DNA of 64,000 bases from Paramecium tetraurelia. Lineage: Eukaryota. This document shows positions 26,608 to 40,146 of this stretch, one piece after another; positions within the stretch are counted from its first letter, which is position 1; each line of letters begins with the position of its first letter. The notes below the pieces were generated by a model that was given only the letters and a program-made list of their open reading frames with translations, searched no databases and had not been told where the DNA came from. A program made the translations under genes and the position numbers. Where the stretch lies: contig CT868000.1 in assembly GCA_000165425.1 (NCBI GenBank), positions 62,001 to 126,000 on the forward strand, read 5' to 3'.

Positions 26608-29022
26608 TCAAATGTTTATCTATTGATAGGCTTAGATTGACCTTCTCTTTCTTTCTCTGACAAGTTCCTATGTAGCAGTCCATAAGATTTTAATCTTTTT
26701 GGATTATTCATCATTATCTGATAATGCTTTGGGTAGTTTCTCATTGATCATTTTAATAACTTCCTAGATTTCTGCATCTTTGAACTAAATGAATGAATTT
26801 AAATGAATACCTCAACTTATTCAAAGAAGTAGAAATATTTATTCAAGATTTAAATAAAAACATATACAAACTTTGGGTTGTTGCCAATACTTTGATTGGC
26901 TATTTTGATGGCTTTCTTGAAGCATTCTTGAACTCTCTAAACATTTTTAATGTGATCATTGTAGAACATATGAGCCGAATTCAAGACACCAATTGCTTAT
27001 TCATTCTTCTTTAATAGTTTGGCAGCTTATTGTGTGGCATTTCCAGCAAGAGTATCAAAGTTTTCACCACTGATACAATTTAACTTAGCAAAGGTGGACA
27101 TAATTTGATTTAATAACACCACCTTCACATTAGAATCTCCAATTTCATCTTAAAATATGGTGATAATTTGAGTTCCAACATCGTATGAGAATTCATCAAA
27201 CTCTTAGGCCTAATCAACAATATTGATGCATAACAAAAAGTTTAGGTTGAGTTTCAAGGCTAATTCAGGGAAGTGTCCTTGTAAGACTTCGATCAATCCT
27301 CTTATTTATTCAAATAACCCCTTATATTATGTTTCTTCTAAAATGAATAATTTAAACATAAATTACATGTTTATGGTCCTCCTTAAGCGGCTATCAATTA
27401 AATCAATCTAAACAATGCAAAAATGGCTGCAGGATATGTATACTTTTATCTGTTGATTTCTCCTTGTTAGAATTTGGCTATGAATTATTGTAAGATAGTG
27501 TTGTGAATTGCTAAATCTCCATTTTGAACTAGATGAACAGTTCTAGCCACTAATTATTGTTCTTCTTCAAATTCATTTTCTGGGATTTCAACATAATCAT
27601 TCTATGTAATTAAGAGTGGCTAAATGAATTTGAGTAATTCTCCAGTGATCTTTAAATCGTCAATTACTTAATTCAAATTAACCACAGCCTAACAAATCTT
27701 AATCGCGACTTGTCTTCTTTTTTAGAATGGAAGATGTTTCATAAGATTTGGATACTCATTCATTGTAAGAATGGATAAGCTCATGGTATCCAAAGGCATG
27801 GCAAGAAACTTAACAATATTTTTTTAGCACTCTTCTGTGAAATCTGTTTCGTTTTATCTTTCGCATAATCTACAACAAGATTTAAGAATGTCATTAACGT
27901 ATTCTGAATTGTTGGGATAACATCTTAATGTGAAATTGAGGAAAGCCACTTATAAATCTAAAAGATTTTTGAATTCAATTTGACTGTTAGAATCTAACAT
28001 CTAATATATGATATTTGGGATTTGTTACTTTGTCAATATTTTATTTGAACATACTATAAATATCCACTTCGGAATTGAATGTGCCCATATCATTATTCAA
28101 TGCAAAATCAGCCAATCTACCCATAAGATTGATGAATATGTTTTTGATATCCACTGTTGGTTCTAATTGAGTTGTACAAACCTTCAAAAGTTCTTAAAGT
28201 GTTTGCAAATGATACTCATCTGGAAATGCTTGAATTGTGCAATCCATCAAGTATGTTTGGGATATAGCATCCTTGCTGCTTGTTATGATATCAATGATTT
28301 TTGGTAAGACCTTTGTTTTATAGGTGTCCAATGAAACACCTTCCAAATTGCTTAATCTGGTAACATTCTCTCCAATGGTTACTTTGAGATCGAGTCTTTC
28401 CCTTTCTCTCTTTGATTTGTCTTTTGATCCTTACATTCTAATCCATAATTTGTTCATCTCTGATAGGTTTCTTATAATGATTTCAATGGCATCATCTATA
28501 TTTCCTCCTGTGCCTTCGTATTCAGAGCCTGTGTCTGGAAGTCTGTCTTTGCATAATTTCAAGAAATAATATCTAATAAACAATCCTCTCAATGGATGTT
28601 AGATGGCCTAGTATAAAGCTAGTGATTACCTTAATACACTCCAATAAGTCAAGGAGGATCACTTTGGCTCCGATTTCATGAGTTTATATGAACACAGATC
28701 CGACTGTGATTAGTAGATATAAACGTGGAATGACGTATGTGGCATGCTAAACAGATTCATATAAGTCTGGCATCTTCCTTCCTCTTCTATACTCTTCTTT
28801 GAAGTAATTCTCCAATATACGCATCTCATCGAAGACCTACATAAACAAGATGTAATAATTTCTTGGACTCAAAAGTGATGTCTTCAATTCACTCAACATT
28901 GCTGAAGAATATCTCAAAGCATCTTTTAATTGAGCCTTTTCCAATGAAGCCCTCATAAAATAAGCTTGTTCTTTGACAACCTTACGAGCATCTTCCAAAT
29001 ACTTTTCTTGATCTTCTTCCAT
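26608..29022 (-). CDS. VPS35: Retromer subunit VPS35
   Basis: MEEDQEKYLEDARKVVKEQAYFM...ELKTSLLSPRNYY, IPRLYLLITVG and HPLRGLFIRYYF. Four introns give 770 codons. Confidence 0.97.
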
Positions 29023-29332
29023 ATTATTTATCAAAAGAATTTAATTTTTTAATAAATCTCTTGCCCAATATTTCTTACTTAAAACACACATCAAAGATTT
29101 GTTGGATATAATATAAACATGTTTTTCTATAAAGAATAAATATTTTATTCAAAAACATATTGAATTTCTTCTATTTTCTCAGCACATTAAGAATTGCCTT
29201 TGATTACTCTATTAGTTTTTATTGATGAGTAATTCAGGAGTATTTTGGAAGAACATCTGAGGTTTACTGAGAACCATTAAAATCAAATAATTTTGAGAAA
29301 AGAAAAAAACAAATTCCTCTTATATATTATAA

Positions 29333-30386
29333 ATGAGTTCGAATTTTCTGGTTAAGTTTTATCTGTTTATTTCATATTATTTTCTTTTCAATATGATGTT
29401 TTTGGCCTAACCTTCTATTATTATAATTTCTCTATTGTATTTTAACTTGAAATTGGATTATAATAATTACTTTAAATTAGAAGTTCATGTCTAGCCAATG
29501 TCATTCTGTCCAAAAAAATAGTAAATTTTTAGGGAAACAAACAAACCTAATCCAAGCCCAACTCCAAGGAGATTTCATCAGAAATTCTTCATAGGTTAAA
29601 TCGCTTTACTATCGTAGTATTCATTTATATCTACTCCTTTATCCGGCAAAATCAAATCCTTAAGTGGAATTTGCTCCCCAGAAACTCAAAACCTAAATGA
29701 GAAAATACAAGAAGAACTTAGCCCATTGGATGATGTACCTAACTATCACTTTCCCAAGATGTTTAACAGAGAGGAGGATAAGATGTAATACTAAGTTTAA
29801 ACTATATAGTTTTTTGAAAGTAAATTATATTAAACTATAAGGTCAAGAATCCTAAATGCTTGAGGCTATATTAAACTACAAGAAGCAATGTTGGGATATC
29901 ATCTTACCAATTAATGAGTTTGTATCAGAGGAGAGTTGTCAAGGATTTTGGATCCTAAAAATAATTGTAATCGATATTTTTAACTTTTAAGACCAAAAAG
30001 TATATAGAACTCAACAATTACGATAATGACAAGGAACTTGTTCAATTTTGTTTGAAACTATTAAATAGAAATCTTCATATAAATCATGGTACTCTTTATT
30101 TTTAATCACTCACATAGATGATATTGTACTATAGTTAGATGGAGGTATTCGAATTAACCCTTATTGCTTATTTAAGAAGGTTTCAATTAGATCATCAATC
30201 TCTAATCTTCTCAAAAACCTACTCTTTGAGCATAAAATCTCAAATCGCCTACAAATTTTCCAAGCTCTTTTTCAAGATTTTGAAAACAAAGATCTAGACT
30301 CCTTAAAAAGACAGAACCATATAGATTTTTAGTTCAAATATCTGAAAGAGACACTAATAAATAAATTATTAGGAATTAACAAATGA
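29333..30386 (+). CDS. Hypothetical protein (start may be 29498)
   Basis: Open code-6 frame with three candidate tiny introns, ending ...INKLLGINK*. No recognised domain. Confidence 0.5.
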
Positions 30387-30541
30387 GAAATTTTGAGTTT
30401 ATATATAAAATTTTGAAATTTTGAAATCCATTTTATAATACTGTAGCATGATCTTAATATATTCCATAAATTTTTATTAAAGAAATCTTCTTTCTCATCA
30501 AATTTTAATATTAAAATTATTATATACAACACAGTCCATTA

Positions 30542-30868
30542 ATGATGAGAACAAGAATGAAGATGTCTTTAAATGGATAAAGAGGAAAAGAAAGAGAATC
30601 CTCAAATGATAAAAATGCAGCCTCCATCATAAAGGGAGCCATATAGACTACAGATATATAAAATGAAACTAACAAATAATGTTAATCTAATTATTAAGTG
30701 CAAAATTAAAAATAACAACAATAAAAAGAAACTAAAGAGTAATAAAAAATAGAAGAAAAGCAAAAAGAATAATAGGAGTAAAAATAGTAATAATCAAGTC
30801 AAGAGAAGTAGAATAAGGCTTATGAAATAACAAGAAAAAAGATCAAAAAATAAATAAAGAAAGATTGA
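30542..30868 (+). CDS. Small Q/E/K-rich low-complexity protein, 108 aa
   Basis: Intronless ATG..TGA ORF of 109 codons, rich in TAA/CAA/GAA/AAA. Confidence 0.55.
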
Positions 30869-30919
30869 ATTATTAACAAATTACAAGAATTATTATTTCT
30901 ATAACATTATTATTATTAT

Positions 30920-31610
30920 TCACATAACATTATATTTTTCTTTATAGTTTTTCGGTTAAGTTCGCTTATGCTTTCGTTGTAAAAATGACACATAATCTTG
31001 TATCTTTTTAATTACATATAAGGATCCAAAGATATATATTGTAATGGCTATGGTTTTAACTATGTTCATAAAAGCATCCCAATAAGGAGTCTCTTAATAA
31101 AATGGATCTAATTCATCCAGAACCAAATCATCACAAAATTTATTCACTTTTTATAAATATGATCATACAATTTTAAAGTTCTAAAACAGAAAAATTAACG
31201 TAGAGGTTGGCAAATTTCAAACATTTTTGTATTCTTACATTTCTTGGCAACGCTTATAAACTATTGCTGCCATGAGATTTTAGACAATTAGTGAATTCGC
31301 AAATATAATTTAAAATAATAATTGTTTCTTGAAGTTTGTCATCAAAGTGTTTATTGTATTAATGTAATTGCAGATAGGATGAGTTTTTAAATGTTTTATT
31401 GCAATAGTCGCATTTTGTCCCATACCTTAAACTTTATATTTCATCCAACTCCTTATATTCTTTCAGATCAATCAAATTCATATTCAGAGAAAGATGATAC
31501 TTTTCCAAATAATAATTGATTTATTATTAGGTTCTAATGGCCCTACCCATAGAAACTAAACCTTATAATGAATTAGTCCCTGCAATCAAAATTGATATTA
31601 TTAGTAACAT
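30920..31610 (-). CDS. Signal peptide + C2H2 zinc finger + C-terminal TM protein, 222 aa
   Basis: MLLIISILIAGTNS, then KCDYCNKTFKNSSYLQLHQYNKH, ICEFTNC, and TM IVKTIAITIYIFGSLYVI. One 22-nt intron gives 223 codons. Confidence 0.75.
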
Positions 31611-31740
31611 AAAAATAATATAAAAATGTTGGCAAATTTTGTAGTTTCTAGATAAATCTTAATATCTAGAATCTCTTCAATTACACTTTAAATTGTATTT
31701 ATATTATACTTTATTATGAATTTATACATATCATATACAA

Positions 31741-32800
31741 TCACTTAAACTGTTATGCTAATGTTAATTTAATATCGATTTCAATAAATTTACTATTAAA
31801 TATTTCTTTGAAATCAGAATCAAATTAAAAGTAATAAGCAGAAGGTTTTTGAAGTTTGAACTATTTTAATAATTCCTATTCCTGTGCCACAATATTTTCA
31901 AATTCACTTTTCAATTTTGGTTCCCTATAAGCCTTTTTAGTTTATGCTTATTAGGTTACTACAGGTTTTTTTGTAGTGACAGTAGTAGATTTGTTTGCAA
32001 GTCTTAAAGCATTTAATTTGATTTGATCTTGTATCTAAAATTGAATCAAATGATTACAGGATGAACATCTGTCTTTAATAAGGATCGACATATGTCAGTG
32101 CAATTTTGCACTTATCTCTAATCCAAAAAATAAGCTGCATAAATAAATTGCATCTCTGGTTTATATAATACACAAGCAGAATTGGTACTTATAATTTTAT
32201 TACTTAAATTCAAGAACTATAATGCTAGTTTAGTTTATTTATTTGAAAATAAGTGTTAAGACAACAACAACAATATTTTTACATCTCTTATAGTCAATTC
32301 ATTCTCTTCTATCAAGTTATATTAAATCCATAAGTCTTCTAAATTATTAATCTCTTATGTATTCTATCTCAGACTGTTATAACATTTAATTAGATTATCA
32401 ATTATGATATCATTCTTATCTTAAGATTGATCAAACAAATAATAAATAGCTGCGATGTTATAATAAAAAGTAACTATTTTAATCTCAATATTTACATAAT
32501 AATTCTGGACATGATTCAGCTGTTTGCTTTAATAATTCTACACTCTGCCCTACAGAAGCAGTTGTTGAAAATATGTTACCAATCTATATTAAAATTAAGA
32601 ATTTACAGCTAAACAGTTCATAATTTTGCCCTAGGCTGTCTATGATAAATCGGAGAATTGATTCTGTCTCTTTATTTGTTTAATTTTCCAATGTATTTCA
32701 TTAACATTAGTATAAGAAATTAGTTAATAATACAAAGTTCTTATTTCTATTGAATATTTTACAAATAAGTGTGATATGCTCTCTCATTTAGAAATTTCGA
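31741..32800 (-). CDS. Hypothetical helical-repeat-like protein; 5' end unresolved, possibly degraded
   Basis: 3' exons translate cleanly (CYFYYNIAAIYYLFD...KLTLAQQFK*) across tiny introns. I could not join the upstream frames. Confidence 0.4.
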
Positions 32801-33946
32801 TTGCAACATGGCATTTTGTAAGTTGATTTCTGCATCTTAGTAATTTCGATCGTATACTTATAAAATGGATTAATAGTGCAATAATCTTATGTATTCCTGT
32901 GACTTCATTTTAAAAATACGATCTTCGTAAAGAATTTTATTAATTTGTTTTTAGGCAACTTCGTAGTTTTTATCATAAATCAAATTGACCAATTCTTTAA
33001 CAGCATTAGAAAATGGGAATTTTATACGATAATTCATTCACAATTAATTTTACTAATTAAATCAAATAGTATTTAGAGAATGAATTATTTTCATTTTCTA
33101 AATAAAATTTATCTTTTTCTTAACCCCTTCAATGTTTCCACATTCCTATGCTGTTCCAATATTTGGTATTAATGATTAATAGAATTTCACAACAATAATA
33201 AAATATGTTATATAAATATTTTATTTAGAATCAACACAAGAACTTAGTAAAGATCGTAAAAGATATAACATTAAATTCCCTTATTTATGCCTTTAATTAA
33301 ATCCTTTCAAATCATAATCTTGTTTCAATTTTAGGGATTATAATTGAGATTTTTTATCTTTATGTTTCAAATAAAACAAAGTTTATTTATCATTTGAATA
33401 GCAAAATTTGATTAAATCTATTAATTAGTCTATTTCGTTAAATTTAAAATTATGCGATCTTCTCTCTTAATACTCAATTTATAAATTTAATTTCAATAAA
33501 TCCATTAATCTCTACAAAGCCTACATAAGTTTTGGTTCAATGTGAATTTAAGTTATTCATATGAATGCTGACTGAATTCTATTTATAATAGTCTTTACTT
33601 TACTTCTATTTATATAAACAATTAATGGATAAATAATTTAAAAGAGAGAGTGTTTTTATTATTATAAATTTATTCGTAGAATAAATCACTTGCTTGAATA
33701 CAAAATAATGAGCCATTAACTTAATTAAACAATCAAATTTTCAGAGAATCATTCGTTCAACCTAGTTTACCCTATTACTCTTTTTGAAAAGATCTATAGT
33801 TTACTGCAGGATATTAATTGAGTATCAAAAGCAGCAGGGTTCATTTAGAGAATCATCGCTACTCACTTTTCTTTTCAAATTTCCCACACGCTATTCTTAT
33901 AAACAAATTTTTTAAAAATGATTAAATTTTATTTAAAAAATATTAA

Positions 33947-34296
33947 ATGGTGAACGTACCAAAGAATAGAAAAACCTACTGCAGAAAATGTGGAAGTCAT
34001 TAAAGTTGCAAAGTCTCCTAATATAAAAAGAGCAAGGAAAGTCCATTTGCATAAGGTAGAAGAAGGTACGACATGAAGCAATCTGGTTATGGAGGCTAAA
34101 CAAAGCCAATTTTCAGAAAGAAGGCAAAGACCACAAAAAAGGTGGCATTAAAGTATTTATATTTTAAGAGAATAGGCTTGAATGCGTCAAGTGCAAATTA
34201 AAATGGTTAAAAGTTATTAAGAGATGCAAGACTATCGTTTTTGTCGATGCTAATTAGCTCAAAAAACAATAAGAAGCAAAGAAGAATGCTAAATGA
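33947..34296 (+). CDS. RPL44: 60S ribosomal protein eL42 (L44/L36a)
   Basis: MVNVPKNRKTYCRKC...[22 protein letters not shown]...LECVKC. 23-nt intron 34153-34175. GGQ is encoded GGA GGC TAA. Confidence 0.98.
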
Positions 34297-34434
34297 GATA
34301 ATAATAGTATAATAAGACATATATTAAGTATTTTATCAAAGAATTTATTTTCATCAAGCTATTTTAATTTTGCTCGATTTTTCCACTTGTATTATTAAAT
34401 TATTATATAAATTATACTTAATATTTATTATCTT

Positions 34435-35276
34435 TCAAAAAGGCTTTTAATATCCTTATTGAGGATAACCAGGGTAACCGGGCTGTTAGGGCGGGTATCC
34501 TGGTTGTGGTGGGTATCCTGGTTGTGGTGGGTATCCTGGTTATGGTGGATATCCTGGCTGAGGTGGATAACCTTATTAAGGAGGATATGGCTATGCTGGA
34601 TATCCTGGCTATTAAGGTGGATAGCCTGGCTATTGTGGGTATGGTTAAGGGGGATATCCTGGTTGTTATGGTGGATATCCTGGTTGTTATGGGGGATAGG
34701 GCTGAGCAGGATAACCTTATTGGGGGTATCCAGGTTGAACAGGATAACCAGGTTGCTGAGGAGGATACGGTTATTATGGTGGGTAATTTGGTTATGGAGG
34801 ATAGATAGGTTATTATGGATACGGTTGATTTGGTGGATAGTATGGTTGTTGGTAACCGGGCATAATTGGAGGTTAAACACCTCCATCAGGGAAAAAGGAA
34901 ACCTCAATTAATACCTATCCGGCTTATTTACCCTATAAAATAAATTAGCTTCACATACTTTATAATTTAAATTTACCCATTCTGTTCCGTTTGGCTTAGT
35001 TAAGAAATTCTAAAGGGCCAAAGATCCTTGACCAATCAAATCATTTTTGCTCACTTCATCTTTATCCCAAATTTCAATATCAGCAATCAGTTCTGAAGTT
35101 CTACGAAATGAAAGAGAATCACTCCAAGATGGATATTTACCAGCATCTGTATGTGATCTTGTTCTTTGAGTTTATCCTCCAATTCTCACTAAACAAAATG
35201 GATCCATCCTTCCAAATGATTCCGTGTCATGAGTTAGTTTGGCACTCAACGGCTTAATTAATAAGGTTCCAGACAT
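34435..35276 (-). CDS. C2-domain protein with a Pro/Gln/Gly/Tyr (XYPPX-type) repeat tail
   Basis: MSGTLLIKPLSAKLTHDTESFGRMDPF...EIWDKDEVSKNDLIG followed by QPGYPP repeats. One 26-nt intron gives 272 codons. Confidence 0.92.
34455..34860 (-). repeat. Coding tandem repeat (QPGYPP-like units, about 15-21 nt)
   Basis: Repeated cca gga tat/tac cca cca yaa units inside the C2 gene. Confidence 0.9.
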
Positions 35277-35307
35277 AAATTAAATTAATGAATGTAATAT
35301 ATCAAAT

Positions 35308-35911
35308 TCAAAGTTGTTAACATACCATAAATTTTTCTTAATAGTATCTTAGTTCCTCAATACTCTCCAAAATATCATCTAATGCTCGATGATTCAATTT
35401 CTTTTATGGTTACTGGCTACAAACAATAGGATTTAGGTTTTAACATAACAATTTAATTGAAGACACATCTACAATTCGATAATGTAAAAACTGATCCAAT
35501 TAAGGCATGTGTTTCATTACAAACAATCTATCCATATAAACTGAATTTCCTGCCAAAGGGAGTACTTTTGGAGGTATATTATTTTAATTTAAAAATTGGA
35601 GTATTTATTCTTAAGCTTAACCCACGGTCACAGTAGAATTCAAGGACTCTTGATATAATCCTGATGCTTTATGAGTAGTGGTGCACCATTCATCCATTCC
35701 ATCTAACACCTATTTGTCAGCATGAATAACAATATGTGGCCCTTTAATTATAGTTTTTAATTTGTAATCAGTCAATATGCAAGCACATTCTATTATTTGA
35801 TCTTTGAAAACGTTCAACCCTGTCATTTCCATATCCAACCAAAACTTTGCTCATAATTTTAAAATTTACTAAGGCATGTTTTAAAGGAGATTTATTGCCA
35901 ATATTTTGCAT
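35308..35911 (-). CDS. REX2: Oligoribonuclease (DEDDh, Orn/REX2)
   Basis: FWLDMEMTGL, MDEWCTTTHKASGL, LAGNS, YRIVDVSSIKL and HRALDDILESIEELRYY. Confidence 0.95.
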
Positions 35912-35985
35912 TTCACTTAATTTAAAATGTTAAAATAAAAATATGTTTTGATGATTTTTTCTATATATATTCAGATATTATCAAA

Positions 35986-37361
35986 TCATTAATACCCTTT
36001 AAAGTTGTTTGCTTATAAGTTGGTTAGTAATTTCAATTCTACAGCCTTCCTTGACTTTTTATATTTTCCAACATAGACCATGCAGTTAAATTAAAATCTA
36101 AATTTAAATATTTTAAATACCTAATCTAGGATCCTTATTTGGCAGTTTTCAAGACTTCCTTTGTGACACCTGCCTTTTGCAAGTCATCTAAATGTACAAA
36201 AATATCTGATTTATCTTCATCCATAACAATGAATCCATAGTTTTTCTATTCATCAAAAAACTTTAATCTCCCTGTGTAGATTGGATTTGCCATTTGCTTC
36301 TTTTGATCAGTTTATGGTTATTTATTCAAAGGTGGACAACTTATGGCTGAATTCAATTCTAAACGTGGAAATAGATCAAAATCATCACTATCATAATTCG
36401 TCTGTTCTTATTTCTAATAATAGGCATTTTAGTCAAACTGACTTATGGGTGTCTAGCCTTTCTTTTATTCATCTTAACTCTCATTCTTGCTTACAATAGA
36501 ATTTATTTAGTTTAAGGAAGGGAATTAGTAGTCATCCTAAAGGAATGATTCCGTTTTCGTTTAAGAAAAAAATACTAAATATTATTAGATTGAAATACAA
36601 GCCTTTTCTTGATGAATGGACTGAATCTGGTTGAATATCTAAGATTGTTTCTAGTCTCTCTGAAAATCAAACATTTAATGTTCTGATAACGACTTTTTAT
36701 GTCTTCTGACAATCGATTTCTATTACTCTTTTTCTGGAGTCATATTGATAATTGGGATTGTATTCTAGGGTTGAATGGAGATATTTACATCCTCAAATAA
36801 GTCATCGAATGTGTAAAACTATTCCTTTTCTTTGTTGTCAATTTGAGATAGCATTTACTCCATAGCTATCAAACTTGTCATCTAATCAGTTTTAACAAGT
36901 GCTACGTAACCAGTAACTGAAGGGTTGTAACAAAATATATTGATTGTCCTAGAAAACTTAGGGGGAACATAAACATTGCAAAACAACTAAAACTTTTAGT
37001 TTGTATAAAATTCTTTGATTTTTGTTTTCATTATGGTAGCATATAATGATAAGTATTACTAATTTCGATGAAATTTTACTTTGACATTAAACGATTAACT
37101 TTCTAAGATGTTTAAGGTTAATTCATATCTTTGTAGCAATTTTGGTAAATCGGAATCAGACTTATAAAGTTCTGAGGCTGTTTTCAGAAGATGGTCCTTG
37201 ATTTAGGGATCTGGACTATGATAATTAGCAATGGAGAGTGTATCCAATATGTGCATGCCTGATGAACTAGAAATGAGTCAAAGGGTGATACCGGTTTCTC
37301 CTTTGTAAATGAGGGAGTGCAAATGGTTGTCATTCAATACTTATTTCTATTGTAATATCAT
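35986..37361 (-). CDS. Cold-shock-domain protein; the frame from ATG 37361 has an in-frame TGA at codon 28
   Basis: C-terminal YTGRLKFFDEQKNYGFIVMDEDKSDIFVHLDDL. TGA at 37278-37280, with an alternative in-frame ATG a few codons downstream. Confidence 0.75.
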
Positions 37362-37389
37362 TATTTAAATTATTAATATATTTTATTAT

Positions 37390-39562
37390 TCACATTTCCT
37401 CTAAATCATCGTCCTCATCATCATCTAAGTCCTTCGTTCCACTCATTAGAATGTTGTTAGTTCTTATTGATCGATATGATTGATTTTAACTATTAAGCTT
37501 TTAACTAAATCTACTTTGTCTTAATGATATATTATTATTTTATTTCTTCAATTCAGAGTGTTTTTCAACAATCATTTCCCTCATGTTTTAATCCAATTAA
37601 GATAGTTATCTAGTTAATTCCTTATTTTCCTTCTTTAGTCTATTGACCTTCTTCTACCAATCTACCTCGTTATTCTCCAATTAATCTACAGTCATTTTGA
37701 GATTATTGCATTCAGTCAATAAAGATCTCTTTTCATGTTGCAAAGAATTAACTTAGGCCTAAACTTTGTTGAATTTTTATTCAAGATCATCCATCTACTT
37801 CTCTGATAATTCAACCATTTTCTCAATCATATACTCATTTTGCTTTTATTCTACCTTATTGTCATCTATCAATTGTTTGAATCTTTGATTCTCTTATTAA
37901 AAGTATTGCAAATCCTAATTTGTTCTATCTAAATGTTGAATAGCAGCCTAGAGTTGTTATTGCAATTACGATATCTATAAATTTAGATTGAATTTACTTC
38001 AAAGTCTGCTTATTATAATTATTCATTCAATTAAATATTATTAATCTTCATTCTTTCTAATTCATTAGAAACATTTGAACTTTTAATATAATTTTATTTC
38101 TTACTTTTATTTCTCCATCACTGGCATTTCAGGTAATATCTTTCCTAATTGACTTTCAAATTACTTCGATAAACTATATAATTGATCATTGTCGGCTTCT
38201 AATTTTAATTTATCCAATTTCATTTAATTATTATCCTGCTATAGTTATTTTATATCTTTCTTATATTGTTGCAATTTGTTTTTGTATTTATTTTGCAATT
38301 TATCCAATTCTTATTTGAGATGAGTATTTTCAGTTTCCAATTTAGTTCGAAATTTTGAATATTTATTTTCTAATTATGCCAAATCTTTGAGAATATCATC
38401 ATTTTTCTTAACCTTCACTTATACCTAACCCTAAATCTCCTTATTTCTATTCTTCTCCTCTTCGATTCTATGTTATTGATCTTCAACAACAATATTCAAA
38501 GTCCTTACATTTTCTTCCAATTAATTCACTTGATCATCCCGATTTCTTAATTCTCTTGTGAGATATTCTAATTCTTCATATAATTTTTTGTTTCTTTCCT
38601 ATTCTTATTTTATCAATTTCATAAAATCATCCTCCCGTTTCTCGTAATGTTTAATATTCTTAATCTCATTTTCCTTGATTACTTCCATATCTTATTCCAA
38701 GCTTCTTATTTTCGCTTTCAACATTTAATTATCCTCTATCGCATATCTTAATTATTGATTCAACTCACGTTATTCTTCAGAGCTTTAAGGATAAAAATTA
38801 TCTTTTGATTTGGCAGTTAAATACATAAATAATAATTAAATTATCTGAACAAACAAAACTGCACTTATCATTTCTTTATCTGAATACGATCAAATATAGA
38901 CTCTCTTGCATCCATTCTCAATCTCCCATCCTTGTTTTTATCCGAATGTTGTCCTATCACTATGACTTTGTCATTCTATTTGAAATTTGGCACCGCTCTC
39001 ATCTCTGAATTCCTTTCCTTGCAGTTATTAATCAATTCTAAATGAACATGTTGAAATCAAAAACAATACCTATAGCATTCTCAGCTGCAGCCTAATTTGA
39101 AAATGTGATTGTCGCCTGTTTATTGTTTATCTAAAATAAAAGAATCAATTACACTAACTCCTAAGATATTGGCATCATCATCAATTACTTCTCTGAGATC
39201 CTGTTAGCTAGTATTTTCTTTCAAATTTCTAATAAATATTGAATATGAGCCCCCTTGCTTTACTTATTACTCTATCCATAACACTTATATATCTCACCAT
39301 CCTTCTTAGTAATGTTCAGAATTCCCTTCCTCTTATTCACTTGCTAAGGCTGAAGTCTTCCTGATTGACCAGAATTTTAGATCATTATTACTTTCTTAGA
39401 AATCGCCTTTTTCTAAATTTAAGTGGAATGCACGTTGCCAATCTCTTCCTCAGATTCTCTCCTACCTTCCTGTTTCTGACCTGATTATTGAGATGGCTTG
39501 TATTCATATTGATGATCTCTTATTATGTTAATACTCTTTGAGAATATGTGATTCTTACTCAT
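37390..39562 (-). CDS. RRM plus long coiled-coil protein
   Basis: SIFIRNLKENTSQQDLREV...ATITFSNQAAAENAI, then E/Q/K-rich heptads and an acidic tail. Several tiny introns. Confidence 0.78.
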
Positions 39563-40146
39563 TAGAATATTATTTTATTATAAAAATATTTTAAAAAACC
39601 AATAATTAATAGAATTCTATGCATATTCAGAAATATGAATAACTCATGATATATTATACATATATTACTTATATATTTATCTACCAATTACATATTGTAG
39701 TCCTGATTTACAATGTAGCTTGATTAAATTGGACCCTTTATGTATTGTAATTTCTTATTTAAAAGACTAAGATATTATTAACATTCTATTTAAAAACATA
39801 CATATTAAGATTACTTTGCTATAGATAAATTTCACAAATAATCAATTGTTTTTGGATAATCTAAAATTATCAGATTTAATTGAAATTTGCTTTTACTTTA
39901 AGTAATATTTTATTTAAATAAAGTGATTCTTCTAAAATCTTTTTTTCTTCAACTTCAAAACATATAACAAATAACAAATAACAAATATCTATGTATTTGT
40001 AATTGGATTAATAAAATATTTATGAATATATTAAATCATTTTTAGTAATAGATTTATTAATTGCTGAAACTCTATTGTATATAGAAAGTTCCTGAGAAAG
40101 ATGTTTTCATTATAAGATTAATAACAATATTTAATATATGATTTTA

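Noticed and set aside
29221..29272. Possible box C/D snoRNA (TTGATGA ... CTGA ... CTGA)
   Set aside because: Too short, imperfect box C, and no terminal stem or recognisable rRNA guide.
33700..33895. Slightly GC-richer segment upstream of RPL44 with short repeats (AGAGAATCAT x2, TAGTTTAC x2)
   Set aside because: No ncRNA family recognised and only short broken ORFs. An Rfam/Infernal scan would be needed.
34428..34911. Trp/Leu-rich, Val-rich and His/Asn-rich ORFs in the ORF track
   Set aside because: These are shadow frames of the QPGYPP coding repeat in the minus-strand C2 gene.
37278..37280. Selenocysteine reading of the in-frame TGA
   Set aside because: No redox-motif context, and the roughly 75-nt AT-rich downstream spacer shows no SECIS-like hairpin.
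39963..39987. (ATAACAA)x3 microrepeat
   Set aside because: Short simple repeat, expected in AT-rich intergenic DNA.
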